DNA from: the human T2T-CHM13v2.0 reference genome, Homo sapiens
Assembly: GCF_009914755.1 (NCBI RefSeq)
Contig: NC_060928.1
Reading direction: 5' to 3' (one strand)
Length of the DNA: 64,000 nt
The translations under genes and the position numbers were made by a program. Within the stretch, counting starts at the first letter, position 1. The number at the start of each line of letters is the position of its first letter. The notes below the pieces were generated by a model, which was not told where the DNA came from, searched no databases, and was given only the letters and a program-made list of their open reading frames with translations. Below are positions 16,658 to 33,345 of the stretch, piece by piece.

Positions 16658-17392
16658 GTCCTTAAGTTTTTTTTACCCGTCATCTTTATTATTATAATAG
16701 TTCTAAATGATAATCTGGGTGGGGCTTAAGGAATAATACAAAGCTCTTTTCAGCTGTGGTTCAAAGAACTTTAGTAAAGCTGTATGACAATGACATTGTG
16801 GGACCATGACATTTTCCCAAAAGTATTTCCAATAACATAGGCATTTGAGAAACTTCATAGTTTCAAAGTCTGGAAAGCGGTGAAGATATCTTAGAGAATT
16901 TTAAAACATTATAAACCCCATTTCTCTCCTGGAGACTTTTTAAAGCATGGACATGAGTTTAAAGATACTGAGAAAACATCGGTTTTCATAAAGCTTCAAT
17001 GAACACCCCAAGGTACAAGTGTTGTAAGCAGCCTGTTTACTAAAATGTTGCTGCATTGTACTTTTGGAGGTACAGAAATGCTGTGCCTACAGTGAGAGCA
17101 CAACTTTATCCCTAGTTAAAAGCACCAGGGGTCAAGTTCAGCTTCCATTTACAGAGGATACACCAGTAATCCCTAGGATAGTGAGTGGTTCAAGTACTAC
17201 ACTACATTTCTAACGTGTCTTACCTATTTGCTCTTAGTCAGCACTGGGGCTCTTTTAAACCCTATGTAGATCTATAGAATATTTTGAAAAGAGTCTAAAA
17301 CTACCTTGAAAATGGTCTTAATACAGAGCCCTTCTAAAAGAGGGATACTTTTAGAAGGATACTAAATACTGGATACTCTAATAACATTTAAA

Positions 17393-17590
17393 GCAGGGAT
17401 GTCCAATCTTTTGGCTTCCCTGGGCCACATGGGAAGAAGAAGAATTGTCTTGGGCCACACATAAAATACACTAATAATAGTTGATGAGCTAAAAAAAAAA
17501 ATCTCATAATGTTTTAAGAAAATTTACAAATTTGTGTTGGGCTACATTCAAAGCCATCCTGGGGCCTGTGGGCCATGGGTTGGACAAGTT
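17393..17590. mobile_element. MER30 (hAT) inserted in the NCOA4 retrocopy 3' UTR
   Basis: cagggatgtccaatcttttggcttccctgggccac...gggttggacaag; NCOA4 UTR similarity resumes on both sides. Confidence 0.8.
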
Positions 17591-20269
17591 TGATTTAGAA
17601 AAAGGAATAAAGAAAAACATTGCAGTAGCTCAGTTTCTTTCAAGTGAAGAAGAAAAATGATGTAAAACTAATATGTAGGCTAAAATGTTTGGTAATTAGT
17701 GTCAAAAATTACCAAGATTATTAGTACATGTTTTGGTAATCACTAATGGCAGGATTAATTTTTTGTGCAAAATATATATTAATAGAAGAGAAAAATTATT
17801 TCAGCCTCTAATAGAAGAAAACAGCAAGAGAAGCAGCTAAAGAACAATTAAAAGTTAGGGAAGTTTACTAGCTTTAGAATACAATACACTTCAATTACAG
17901 AAATACTTCTTTTTAAAACTACAGTGTTTTAATGTACTTTTAGTAATAACCCAATCTAAGGAGTGTGGGAGGCTTGTGAAAAACTCCACCAAGGTGCTAC
18001 ATTTCTAGTGTGGGGTGAATTAATACTTCTGTAAAAAGGAAAGAACTGAGTCACCTCAGCATTTTTTGTTTAAATAGTAACTCATAATCCGATGATGTAT
18101 TTTTCTTCACTAGTTCAAATTTAGGCAGGAAAGGGACTAAGCTAACTGGTCGGACCCAGAAACACAATTATTTGGCAAGTCACAGTCACTTAGCTCATGG
18201 ATGTGTAATAATCTGCAGAAAAGCTGCTGAACTCTTGTCTGTTCCTTCACATCTGTAGAGGAGTTTGATATAATCACTTCTCTTTCTCGATTTTAAGCTT
18301 CATACAGGCAAAGAGATCACAAAATGTAGGGTAGCCATCATGGTCTTGGGGGAAGTTATGTTCCTCCTGTAGGGGTGGATTAAGTAATACTTCCTGGCCC
18401 TTCTTCCGAAGTAGCCACTTGTCTTCTCCAGAGGATCACTGGCTGAGGGTGCCCATCTTCTTTCCTGGCAGGATCCAGTCAGCTGTATTAAAGGGACACC
18501 AGGAAGTGATTGTGGGGCTTTTAAGCTTTTGTTGGCCAGCCCTGTCCTCAGTACTAGGCACTTCCTTGGGAATTCCTTCCTTATATGGGGGCTGGATTAG
18601 CCACTCTGACAAGGGACTGTTGTTTATGACTTGAATCAGCAATTCTAGAAGGAGCCGTTGCCTTTGATGCCTTAGCTTGTTCTTTTCTTGAAGGACAGGA
18701 CCACATATTCAGGGAATCTTGATGCTTCTCAGGCTCAGGTTTGGTTTCCTCAGGCATCCCATTATTTTGTCTATCTTTCTTTAGAAGCCACTTACACAGA
18801 GCTTCCTTCTCAATTCTCATCATACACTCTGCAAAACTTCTGCAGGGCTCATTGGCTGTGCATATGTCCTCTACTTTATATGGGTCCTGATGGTTCTGGA
18901 CAAGTCAATCCTCAGAAACGATGCTGAGGGTAGAAAATAGTTTCTTGGCTTCCAAGTAGTCATTCAGGCACTTCACATTGCCCAGGTTTTTCAAAATCTC
19001 TACACTATTGGGCTGGTTGACCCAACAGTTGATATAGGAGTTGGTTTTGACAAGCCAATCATTCACATTGTAGGAATGGAACAAGAATTTAAACTTCTCA
19101 CTGGTTTCATAACTGCCATTCTCAGGCTTCTCCAACTTACAGGATTCCTGGGGAATCACCAGCCACTAGATAGATCATCTCACCTTGATCAGAAAGCTCT
19201 AGATCTTCCACCTTTTCAATTAAATGGAGAAAGAACTGGTAGTAAAATGGCTGTCACTTTGGATAACTTGGTTTTTCTGGAACTTCTTGTTGCTGACTCT
19301 TGAGGAGCAAGTTTTCAAAGCCCTTTAGGTTGCCTGAGACATTACTGAAGAAACTGCAGGCTCTGGAAGAAGTCTATTCTCCAACGTCTGCTTTTGGGTG
19401 AGCCAGTCGTGGGGGGTTGTTCCTGAAGACCACTGGTATGGTTGCTTCCAAGGAGCCATTCCCTGAGAGGGACATCTGTGATGCTGGATGCTGACTTCTG
19501 CTCTGGCATTAGGATATAGCCTCTCTTCTCCAGGAAGGGCCTGATACTTGATAAGCTAGCATGAGGCATGAAGTGTTTAGGAATTTGAATGGTCTTGAGA
19601 AACCCAAATGTGGTGATAGTCATGCAGAGCAGTTGTGTCTGCTTCAAACAGCAGGACAGTTGAATCTTCAAACTTAAGGGTCAAACTGCCCAGTCTCTCC
19701 AGGCACACAGAGACTTGGCTAGATCTTTGTTTTGGGTGCACTTCCGTTAATGAATAAGACCATTGAACTGGCCCAATAACCAGTAGAGCTGCTGGGCCTG
19801 TGGCTGAAGTGTCTCCTCTTTAAGCTGATAGATGAGGTCTACCTGTTCATACAGCCACCTCACAGTTCGTAAGGCATTCTAGGTGACAGCTTATACAACT
19901 CTGAATCTGAGTTTTGACTTCTCACAAGTTATCTTTAATTTGCTGTTTGGCCCAGGGAACTCCACCAATAGCAAGCTCCAAGTCCTTCCATGCATTACTA
20001 CATCTCAAAAGGGGTTCTCTATTACTGGAGTAGCCACTCTGGTCATGTGAGGTATTCATTCTGCTCACTGCTCCAGCTCCCAATCCCTCTCCGGGTGATC
20101 CAGGGGACTTTGGGTGGACAGAGACACAGCCCCACACAAAACTCCTGAGGAGTCTTTTTAAAGGGAATCTTTTCAACTGACTGGAACCTTTTTGCTTCCT
20201 CCTTTATTCTTTACATAGAACTGTATTACCTACTATTGCTCTGACTCCAAGTAAGGAGTCTTGCAACAA

Positions 20270-21345
20270 TCAGCCACATGAGGAACACAATTCTCCTACT
20301 CTGAAGACACAGCAACAAGGGTGCCAGCTTGAACCAGAGAATAAATCTGCTGATGTCTTGATCTTGGCTTCCCAGCCACCAGACTGTGAGATAAATTCCT
20401 GTTCTTTAAATTACACAGTCTCAGGTATTCTGTTATAGCGGCACAAAATGGACAAAGACAGACTTGTATCCTACCCACAATATGTAAAGAACTCTCAAAA
20501 TTCAATAATGAAGACACAATTTTAAAATGGGCAAAGATTTGAACAGACACAAGATATATCAATGGCAAATAAGCTTAACAACGTGTCATTATAGAACTGC
20601 AAATTAAAACCCAAGTAAGGTACCACATCACCCCTATTACCATGGCTAAAATTAAATAGACGTACCAAGTGTTGATAAGAATGTGGAAGAACTAGAACTC
20701 TTATATACAGTTGGTGGGAATTTAAATGGTTTGACCACTTTGGAAAACTGTTAGGCAGTTTCTTAAAAAGAAGTATCTACCATATGATCCTGCTATTCTA
20801 CTCTTAGGAATTTACCCAAGAGAAATAAAAGCGTATGTCCATGCAAGGATTACATACAAATGTTCATAGCAGCTTTATTTATAATAGCCAGAAGTGGAAA
20901 ACAACTCAAATGTCCATCAATAGGTGAATACATAAATAAATCGTGGTCTGTCCATACTATAGAATAATATTCAGCAATAAAAAGGAATGGACTGTTGACA
21001 CAACAACATGCAGGAATCTCAAAATAATTATACTGGGTGAAGGAAGTTAATGATTATATCCTGTATGATTCATTTATATAAAATGCCAGACAATGCAAGG
21101 TAAAGTATAGTGACAGAAAGCAGATCAGTGGTTGCCTGGGAAATGGGATGGGGGTGAGGAGGGACAGGAGGGAAGGATTACAGAATGGCACAAGGAAGCT
21201 TTGGGGGATGATGGATATGTTCATTATTTCAATGGTGAGAATGGTTTCACGGGTATATACATATCCCAGAATTTGTCGAATTACACACTTTAAATGTGTG
21301 TAATTTATTGTATGCCTCATATCTCAATAAAGCTGTTTTTAAATT
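20270..21345 (+). mobile_element. MaLR LTR 3' fragment (20270-20460) followed by an old L1M 3' end
   Basis: ctgtgagataaattcctgttc...ggacaaagaca, then L1M 3' motifs ending ctcaataaagctg. Confidence 0.7.
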
Positions 21346-21574
21346 CCAAAGAGAGATGATCTTTCTTATTTGTCTACCTTGAGTCTCATACCCATTCCAT
21401 GGCCAGGAAAGGCTAAGATGATTGGCAGTTCCCCTAGAATTGCATCCGATGGAGAAACAAATTGAGGAGCTATTCTAAAGAAACAGTTCTAGTACAAGCA
21501 GCAACTATAAAATTCTAATATGCCTTGGGAAATCTGTCACTGTACACTTTTTGAGTACATAAATGAACAGGTAT

Positions 21575-21581
<7 letters not shown>

Positions 21582-21609
<28 letters not shown>
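21582..21609. repeat. (TG)n microsatellite
   Basis: About 14 TG units. Confidence 0.95.
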
Positions 21610-21610
<1 letters not shown>

Positions 21611-22147
21611 CAAGATGGCAAGCTGTTTGCCTGGGGACAGAATTTAGGGCAACTTTGAGATGAAAGATAATTTGCCTCCGTCCCTAAGTCACAAGGATGA
21701 CTTTTTAAGGAGTTACCTTGGCTCATAGTTTTGTAAGAGATGCTTACGGCGCAGGAGAAACAAGAGAGGAACAAGTTTTTGAAACTGGTTAAAGACAATG
21801 GTCTGTTAAGAGGGTACAAGAGTCCAATTATGATTAATAAAATAAGATATTCAAGGCCAACCTATAAAACATGCAACCTGAAAGTATTTGAAGGATAGCT
21901 CACAATAGGTAGAAAATGAACAGTGTCTTTCATTTGCTAACACAATAAAACAAATTAATAATAAGACAAGATACAAATTCAACACCAGTGAGTAAATGTT
22001 TTCCTCTGTTATGAAGTGGTATTTATATTCTCAAGCAGAGAGAAAATGGGATAAAATAAAATCTATCTTATTTAATATATATTTTTAAATGTGTGCTAAA
22101 TTATGTTTGTTATAGAAGAAAGAGCAATAGTTGTACCTGGTGTGTGA

Positions 22148-22989
<842 letters not shown>

Positions 22990-23828
22990 CAGCTTTCCTG
23001 TATCTTCTAATCTTCAATTGCTTCACCACAGGCTCTTCCATATCCACATTTCTGCCATTAAGATAATACATTTTAGAATTTTCCTCTTCATTATATAATC
23101 CCCCTTTTCCTTCTTCCTGTTCTTTTTCCTAAAAATCTGCAATTAGGAAATTCCTGCCTTAATCTCTCCATGACACTGTGATCTGCCCTCCAGTCCCCCA
23201 CTTCTCCCACTCAGACTGCTCCAGTAAATGTCACAGATGACTTTTTTTGTTGTAAAAATCAACAGAAACTTGTTATTTCCATCTTAAATCATTTCTACTG
23301 CATTTGAAACTGTTGACTACTTTCTCCTTGAAACGAGACTGTTGCTCTCCTTTTCTTGACTTATTTTCCATTTCCTTTGTATCCTTACACCCCCAACCCC
23401 TGGACTCCTGATCAAGTCTCTGGCTTCAGTTATTACTGGGCCCGCGGCTAACGTGTCTCCTCTTTAAGCTGATAGATGAGGTCTACCTGTGATACCTGGA
23501 GCTATACCTCTGACCTAAAGGAATTCATATATTCCAGCACGATAGCCATTTTTCTATATAGTCTATGTCACTACCTGCATGCCCCTTGGCTCTGTAATCT
23601 GAACATTTGCAAGGAGAAAGTTGTCATTTTTTATTCCAAAAATGTTTTTCCATATTTCACAGCTTGGAGTGATCCCACCAATATCTTCAAGAAGAAGCCT
23701 ACAGTTATCTTCCATTTCTCCCTCTCTTTTACCACATTCCACATGCAAGTCAAGTTCTAATAATTTTAGTTTTAACATCTCTGTAACCCCACTACTGCCA
23801 GTGCACTAAGCTCAAGATCATCATCTAC

Positions 23829-24157
<329 letters not shown>

Positions 24158-24692
24158 TCAACATTCTCCTTGTATCTAGACCAACACTGCCCAACAGAGC
24201 TTCCTGTGAAGCTGGAAATCTGTATCTGCACTATCCAATAAGTTGGACTCCTCTGTAGGTAAGGCTTTGTCTTTGAAGAATTTTGAAAAGTAAACACATT
24301 CATTGGCAGCAGTGGGAAAAACAGTCTAGAACTGTGCCATCCTATATTGGCTCTTTAATAAAAATTCAATAAATGTAAAAGATTCTCAGTCACATTAGTC
24401 ACATTTCTAGTACTCAATATCTACATGTGACAAGTGTTTACTGTACTGTAAGTATGAACACTTGCCACAGCAGGGATCTGTAACATACAAACCCTCTGGA
24501 ATGCTGCACGTGCTTTTTTTTCTTTTTCCTTTTTTATGGGAAAAAGAGCCATAGTGTTTATCAGCTGCACAAATCCAAACAATTTAAAAGTCAGGTAATA
24601 AATTCCGATTTCACTGACACTGACTATTATTACAGCTCCCGAATCCCTCTTGATGTGCCCTGTGTACAGTTCCAGCCTCATCTCCCACTGTT

Positions 24693-25187
24693 TGGGCGAT
24701 TTTCTTATTGTGCAAACATCACAGAGTATACTTACGCGCTGTGTTTGTAAGTACACTCTGTGATGTTTGCACAATGCTACAAACCTGTACAGCATGTGTA
24801 CTGTTCTGAACACTGTAGGCAATTGTAACACAATGGTCAATATTTGTATATCTAAAAATAGAAAAGGTACAGTAAAAATATGATATAAAAGATAAAAAAT
24901 GGTACTTACCATGAATGGAGTTTGCAGGACTGGAAGTGGCTCTAAGTCAGTGAGTAAGTGGTGAATGAATGTGAAGGCTTAGGACATTACACCACTGTAG
25001 ACTTTATAAACACTGTACTCTTAGGCTACACTAAATTTATTTTAAAAATAAAGCAATTCCTTTACAACATTATGACAGCTATGACGCTACTAGGCAACAG
25101 GAATTTTTAGCTCCTAATATAATCTTATGGGACTACCGTTGTATATGTGGTCTGTTGTTACTGGAAACATCATTAAGCAGCCCATGA
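24693..25187 (+). mobile_element. Tigger3/MER7-type DNA transposon remnant
   Basis: ctacaaacctgtacagcatg..., ttaggctacactaaattt and aatcttatgggactacc motifs. Confidence 0.75.
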
Positions 25188-25482
25188 TTCTATTTCAGTT
25201 TCTTGAATGGGCCCAGTCTCTTATTCTGTGTTTTCACACATGCTTTTTCTTTTGCCTGGAACCCTCTTCCCATTGCACCACTATCTCTCCCTGTTCCTCA
25301 CCTCCTCGCTTCAATTCTGCCTCCTCCTCTGTCTTGGTTATTCCTATTCATTTTTCAGGATTCACGTCGGCTGTCATGGCATTCTGCTGGATGCTACCTA
25401 GCTCTGCATTTCAGCAGTGCACTTGTCTTTCTGCTTCCTTCTGAGGGATCAATTGCCAGTGGTCCCATGAGTTAACCAAAAG

Positions 25483-25495
25483 TGCCATCTAGTGG
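25483..25495 (-). promoter_or_regulatory. CTCF core motif (CCACTAGATGGCA on the minus strand)
   Basis: tgccatctagtgg matches the CTCF consensus CCACYAGRKGGCR. Confidence 0.6.
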
Positions 25496-25748
25496 CAAAT
25501 GCGGAAGACAACACTCGCTTCCAAATGGAGCATTTCACTAAGAGGGACAAAACTTGGAATAGTGGACAGGCTTTCTCCACCACTACACACAGTAGGGAGA
25601 ATCTACCGTGGCTCTTGGCTCTTCTAGATAGTTTTACATTTTCTACCTAATTTAAAACTCTCCCTTGGTCTGGAAGTAGGTATCATAATTTTCATCTTAC
25701 AGATGCAGTCTCAAGTTCAGAGGGGCCTCCTTAAAATCCCCTTCTTTG

Positions 25749-26137
25749 GGCCGGGCGCGGTGGCTCACGCCTGTAATCCCAGCACTTTGGGAGGCCGAGG
25801 CGGGCGGATCACGAGGTCAGGAGATCTAGACCATCCTGGCTAACACGGTGAAACCCCGTCTCTACTAAAAATACACGCCTGTAATCCCAGCACTTTGCGA
25901 GGCCAAGGCGGGCGGATCACAAGGTCAGGAGATTGAGACCATCCTGCCTAACACGGTGAAACTCCATCTTTACTAAAAAATACAAAAAATTGGCCGGGCG
26001 TGGTGGCGGGCGCCTGTAGTCCCAGCTACTCAGGAGGCTGAGGAAGGAGAATGGCGTGAACCCAGGAGGCAGAGCTTGCAGTGAGCCGAGATTGCGCCGC
26101 TGAACTCCAGCCTGGGCGACAGAGCGAGACTACGTCT

Positions 26138-26179
<42 letters not shown>
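25749..26179 (+). mobile_element. AluY with a duplicated left monomer, 41-nt pure A tail and 16-bp TSD
   Basis: TSD aaaatccccttctttg at 25733-25748 and 26176-26191; AluY diagnostics (ctaacacggtg, gaatggcgtgaa, gcttgcag). Confidence 0.92.
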
Positions 26180-26183
<4 letters not shown>

Positions 26184-26809
26184 CTTCTTTGCAGGATTGG
26201 CTGCAAATAAAGAAGGACAGTAGGTCACAATAGGCCAGGTTTTGCTCCCTCAGGATGGGAATTTCTCATTTAGAGCTGGTGGGAAGGATCTCATTAACGT
26301 GGTTAAAGATGATTTGTCAGTGATGCAGCTGAGGACACTTAAAAAGAGAATCTTGTTAAGAGTCTCTAAGGAAGCAGTAGGTCCCCTGGCATTGTGAAGT
26401 CAGCGGATTATTGAGAAGGAGGAGGAGTGGGGAAGAGTTTCATTAATGTAGGAATAAGGCAGTGTTCCTCATGGTGGGTTTACAGTGTAACAAATGGAAG
26501 TGTTGGGGTCAAAGCCATGGCGTGCAGCATGAGGTACGTAATGGGCAGCTTGTGTCCCTGTGAACAGATATGAAGCCAGGATGATTTGCTAGTGAGAAGC
26601 TTGGGAAGGAACACTAGAAACCTGTTGAATTCCCAATACAGGGTGTCATATTTCATAGGGTCACTAGAAGTAGCACAATGGGTGGACAAAATTTAGAAGG
26701 CGTAAGACCTGCATTCACTTTTGGCCATGCCTCTAACCAGCATCTGACCTCCAGCAAGTGACCTGGAACCACTGAGCCTTAGGCTGGACACTGAGATACT
26801 GCTTTTTTA

Positions 26810-29516
<2,707 letters not shown>

Positions 29517-30643
29517 GGAGGGGATTGGGTGGTCACCTAGTCCAATCTTGAATAAGAATTAGAAACTAAGCATTTTGATTTCTCTGTTTTTCTTGTAAAT
29601 AGAAAGGACCAAATAGCCCAAAATAAAGTGGCACATGGCTTGGTAGTTAAGACTGAAGCCAGATGGCTAGATGGTTTACATTTCCATCCAATTATTAGCT
29701 ATGTTACCTTGGGTAAGTCACTTAATCTCTCTGTGCTTGTTTCCTTATCTGTAAAATGGTGCCAATATTACCTACTCTTTAGGGTTATACGATTGAAGAC
29801 ACAGCACTGTGTTTATAATTGTACCTGGTATATGTTTATACTGTAACAACTGATTGCTAAATAAATTCTATTAGTGAGGGGATGGTGTTAAATACTAAAC
29901 CCCCCCAGGGCATTCTTGTCAGTGTTTCCTGAAATAGTAAAACACTCAACTTCCAAATGCTGAAATTGAAATTGACTTCTTGAGATATAGTATGTACTTG
30001 TTTTTCAGAATTGTTTCCTTTTCCCTGACTTGGTTAAGTGTGAGATTTAGGGTTAATTGAAAAGAACAACTCTTCAGGAAATACCTGGGAACCTGTAGTC
30101 TTTCAGGTTATCTGTATGTTGCCATAGGGTAATTTTAACATGTTGTTTGTACTACAGTATACCTTGAATTCAAAAGAAAACACATCTAACATGTTTTAAT
30201 TTTTTGATGCAGAAGAATCACTGTTTAAGGTTTCTGTTAACATAAGATTCCAATAAAAATAAAGTTTGTATTCGGTTCTTAGGTTTCTTTGGGTTAACTA
30301 CTGAAACACACTATATTTCAGAAGTATTGTACTATGCTTGATTAGTCTTGTTGAAAGTTCTAGAAAATCAGGGGCCATTAACGTGTCAATGCTCATGCCC
30401 TTAGTGGTGTTATTCGGCATCCTGGGAAAATAAACTGAAATGTGGCTCAAATATGGCTCTAAGCTCAACAGGGTACAATCCACTACTTGCAAGTCTTCCC
30501 ACCCCTCACTTTCCCAGGAAATGATTCTGTTTTGGGTATTAAGTACCTCTCTAAACACAACTACATTTAGTGCAGTTTTACAACTTCCCTTAGTATCATT
30601 AACACTTCTGTGACCAAACAAACAAACGACTACTGCAAACTGG

Positions 30644-30678
30644 TTTATTTTTTATAGGAAAGTGTCAACATGTTTATT
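30644..30678 (-). terminator. PIGY: Two AATAAA polyadenylation signals of PYURF/PIGY
   Basis: tttatt at 30644-30649 and 30673-30678, about 550 nt past the PIGY stop. Confidence 0.7.
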
Positions 30679-31219
30679 GCTAATATAAGCATTTAATGTC
30701 AAAGAAATGAAGGTAATTTTACAAACTCAGTTTTTGTAAGTACATGAAGTTTCTATTTGATTATGTGGTTTTATATCACATTCGTTCAAATGCATTTCTC
30801 TCCCTTAGAGGGACTATTCCAACATCACTCCTTTGGAATTATTTCAGTCATCCTTAACATGTGACTTTACCAAAGACCTTGAAGCTAAACAAACAAGCAA
30901 AACAAAATTTCAATGACTCTTAGATGAATGGAATAAGAAATAGTCATCACATGTCAATTAGGGATGTTCATCTCCAACCAAGACACTGTCAAAATGTTTC
31001 TTCTGATACAGCAGTTATAAGTCAGAGCCTTCAAAAAACAAGGGCAGAACAAGAGTACAATAAAAGAAGCATCTGCAACTTAAGCCTCCCACAGTCCTAA
31101 GCCTGATATGCGCAAAGCAAAGCCTCTTTCCCGCAAACTAAATTCCATCCATTTGAGCTTTCAGAGATCGATGCCCAAGAGCTATCATTAATATATACAG
31201 CATATTGACTCTAGTTGCA

Positions 31220-31435
31220 TCAATTATGCCTGAAGAGTTTAATACCCATCCAAGTCCAAAGGTGGAAGAATACATACACTGGTATGGTAATAGGCAAGAG
31301 CAGGCTGTAAAAGCAAAGGCTGGCTGTGCTAGTGCAGCCCTGTGGGAAGTTTTCTTCCACAGAGGCTGAGTAGAACAGTCCTGCTAAAGAAACCAGTGGA
31401 ATAAGAACAGTCAACGTAGGAAGAGACAGAAACAT
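31220..31435 (-). CDS. PIGY: PIG-Y, 71-aa GPI-GlcNAc transferase subunit (second cistron)
   Basis: MFLSLPTLTVLIPLVSLAGLFYSA...WTWMGIKLFRHN with two hydrophobic segments; ATG at 31435-31433. Confidence 0.97.
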   Translation of the reverse strand: MFLSLPTLTVLIPLVSLAGLFYSASVEENFPQGCTSTASLCFYSLLLPITIPVYVFFHLWTWMGIKLFRHN

Positions 31436-31533
31436 TCTTCTCTTCCACTTATTACCTGCCACTGTGTTTTAAAAGGTATATGGTATTAAGAAAAGTTGGC
31501 TGTTGCGTTTTTTTAATTTTTTTAAATTATGAA

Positions 31534-31675
31534 CTAGCGCTGCTCCACTTCTTCTTGCTTCTTACTTTGACGTGTCATCCTAGCTGCCTGTGGTATCATA
31601 TTAGGGATCCCATCAATGATTGGATAAGCTATTCCCAACTCTTCATTAATCAATTCATTTGTTGATGCTTCATAT
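31534..31675 (-). CDS. PYURF: PYURF (PreY) coding exon 2, (R)YEASTNELINEELGIAYPIIDGIPNMIP...EEVEQR*
   Basis: ttttccacctcag acceptor; Trm112-like YPIIDGIPNM motif; TAG at 31536-31534; spliced total 345 nt = 114 aa. Confidence 0.96.
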
Positions 31676-32587
31676 CTGAGGTGGAAAAAAAAAGAACAAA
31701 ATGAGTTGTGGGAAAATAAAATGCTTGAAGAGCCTGATTTTCAACAAATACCACCATTTATCCAATTTTTGGTACGGAGTTAATCCCAGAATAGTCTTCT
31801 TTAATTCTAAAAGCAACAATAGCCAATTCAACCTTTTATCTTAGAAAAATTCTCTTACAATCTATAATTATTCCCATTTTAGTAGTTTCTCTCATATTCT
31901 CTTTTTCACCTTATTCACAAGTTATTCCTTAATTTTTTTTCATACTAGTCAGAAAAGATCCCCCTCTCTTATCCAAATATTCCTTCATTACTTTGGTCAA
32001 CCCCCAAACCATCCCTGTTAATTTACTACTGGAATAAACACTAGAGAAAAATCAACTTCTTCATTTTAGAATAAATGCTAAGTAGAGAAACTTAACTAAT
32101 CCATTAGAAGGAAATCACTGGAAAAGGTGAGAGGGCAGAAATGAAGAAACTTTCGAAAGCACTAAGTCTGCAGTGAGCTAGTTATAAACGTAAATCAAAT
32201 GATAATTTCAAGGTTCGAGAAAATTGAATAATATGTTTATTACGGGAAAAAGAAATACGAAAAATTGCTAGCAATCTACCATTCAAAGATAACCACTGAT
32301 AACATTTTGGTGTTTATGCGATTTGTAATACTAGCGTTAGTGTTGTCAATATTCAATTTTGGTAGCTTGGAAACTGTAGAGCTGTCTTCCCAAAAACTAG
32401 TTAAAGAGGCTTCTACGAAACCTGCTAGGCCACAACTAAGAGCCACTGGGCAGCAAACACAGCTGAATTGCTTAAGATTGTCAGGCACCAGTTGTACAAG
32501 ACACTTTCACAAGAATCTGGAGGGTACAACAATACTTTTCATTATCTTGGCTTAAAAACCGGAAGGCTTCGGACTTGTCCTGAATCG

Positions 32588-32890
32588 CAGTGGTTCATAA
32601 ACCTGGTGGTACATTAGAAATCATTTAGGGACCGTTTAAGAACACAGATAAGCTGGGCGTGGGGGCGGCGCCTGTCTCTCGACTCCTGAGGAGGCTGAGG
32701 CGGGAGTTCTAGGCCAGTCTGGGCAACGTAGGGGGCACCCTGTCTCTTAAAAGGAAAAAAAAAAAGAAAAGAAAATACAAATGTTCAGGTCCCATCCCGC
32801 GAGCATTCCAAGTCTGCCCGTCTTGGGGGCTGTCGGGGAATCGGCATTTTTAAAACGGTCCCCGGGTGATTGCAATGCGCAGCCGGTCGC
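32588..32890 (+). mobile_element. MER5-like element with a FLAM/FAM monomer (32652-32772) in the PYURF intron
   Basis: cagtggttcataaacctgg..; monomeric Alu with A tail; CpGs preserved at the island edge. Confidence 0.6.
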
Positions 32891-33142
32891 GAACCCTAAA
32901 ACGCTTCGAGCCATTCCCGCAGGCTGGCGTTGCGTTCTGGGAGATGTGGGACGCAGCTCCCCTGGCCTCCGGTCTCCCCCGTCCTGCCCGCTGTGCGCCC
33001 GGCGAGGACAGAGTCCAGAATATGGCAGCGGAGAGTACCTGACCGACCTACAAGGCCCCAGTGGCTGCAAGAGGCCGCGGTCCACCGCTCCCTTTCCGCC
33101 CACCGGGAGGCTGCAAAGGAAGGGCCAAGGCCAGCGAGTTAC

Positions 33143-33345
33143 CTGAGCGGCTTCTTGGAGAGCGGGCACACCAGGAACTCCAGCAGCGCCGGATCGAAGT
33201 CGCGGGGCGGCTCCTCAGTCTTCTTGCCCCGGTCGGCCAAAGGCCGCGACCCCGACGCGTGCAGGCACCTACGGGCGACCGCGGACGGCGGCGCGCGCGT
33301 TCCCCGCAGCGCTGAGGCGAGCCTGCAGCGTGCTCCACTCAGCAT
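33143..33345 (-). CDS. PYURF: PYURF coding exon 1: Arg-rich mitochondrial presequence plus LLEFLVCPLSKKPL
   Basis: agaccATGc start and AG|gtaact donor; phase matches exon 2. Confidence 0.96.

Noticed and set aside
29962-29973. ISRE-like GAAATTGAAATT (also agtttcagtttg near 35211)
   Set aside because: Imperfect matches expected by chance in AT-rich DNA, with no supporting context.
31436-31462. 9-aa N-terminal extension of PIG-Y (MAGNKWKRR) in the ORF track
   Set aside because: Starts at GTG; the recognised 71-aa protein begins at the ATG at 31435.
31450-31500. Cryptic acceptors in the intercistronic spacer that could fuse PYURF exon 1 to PIGY
   Set aside because: Both candidate AGs give an almost immediate TAA in the PYURF frame, so no fusion protein results.
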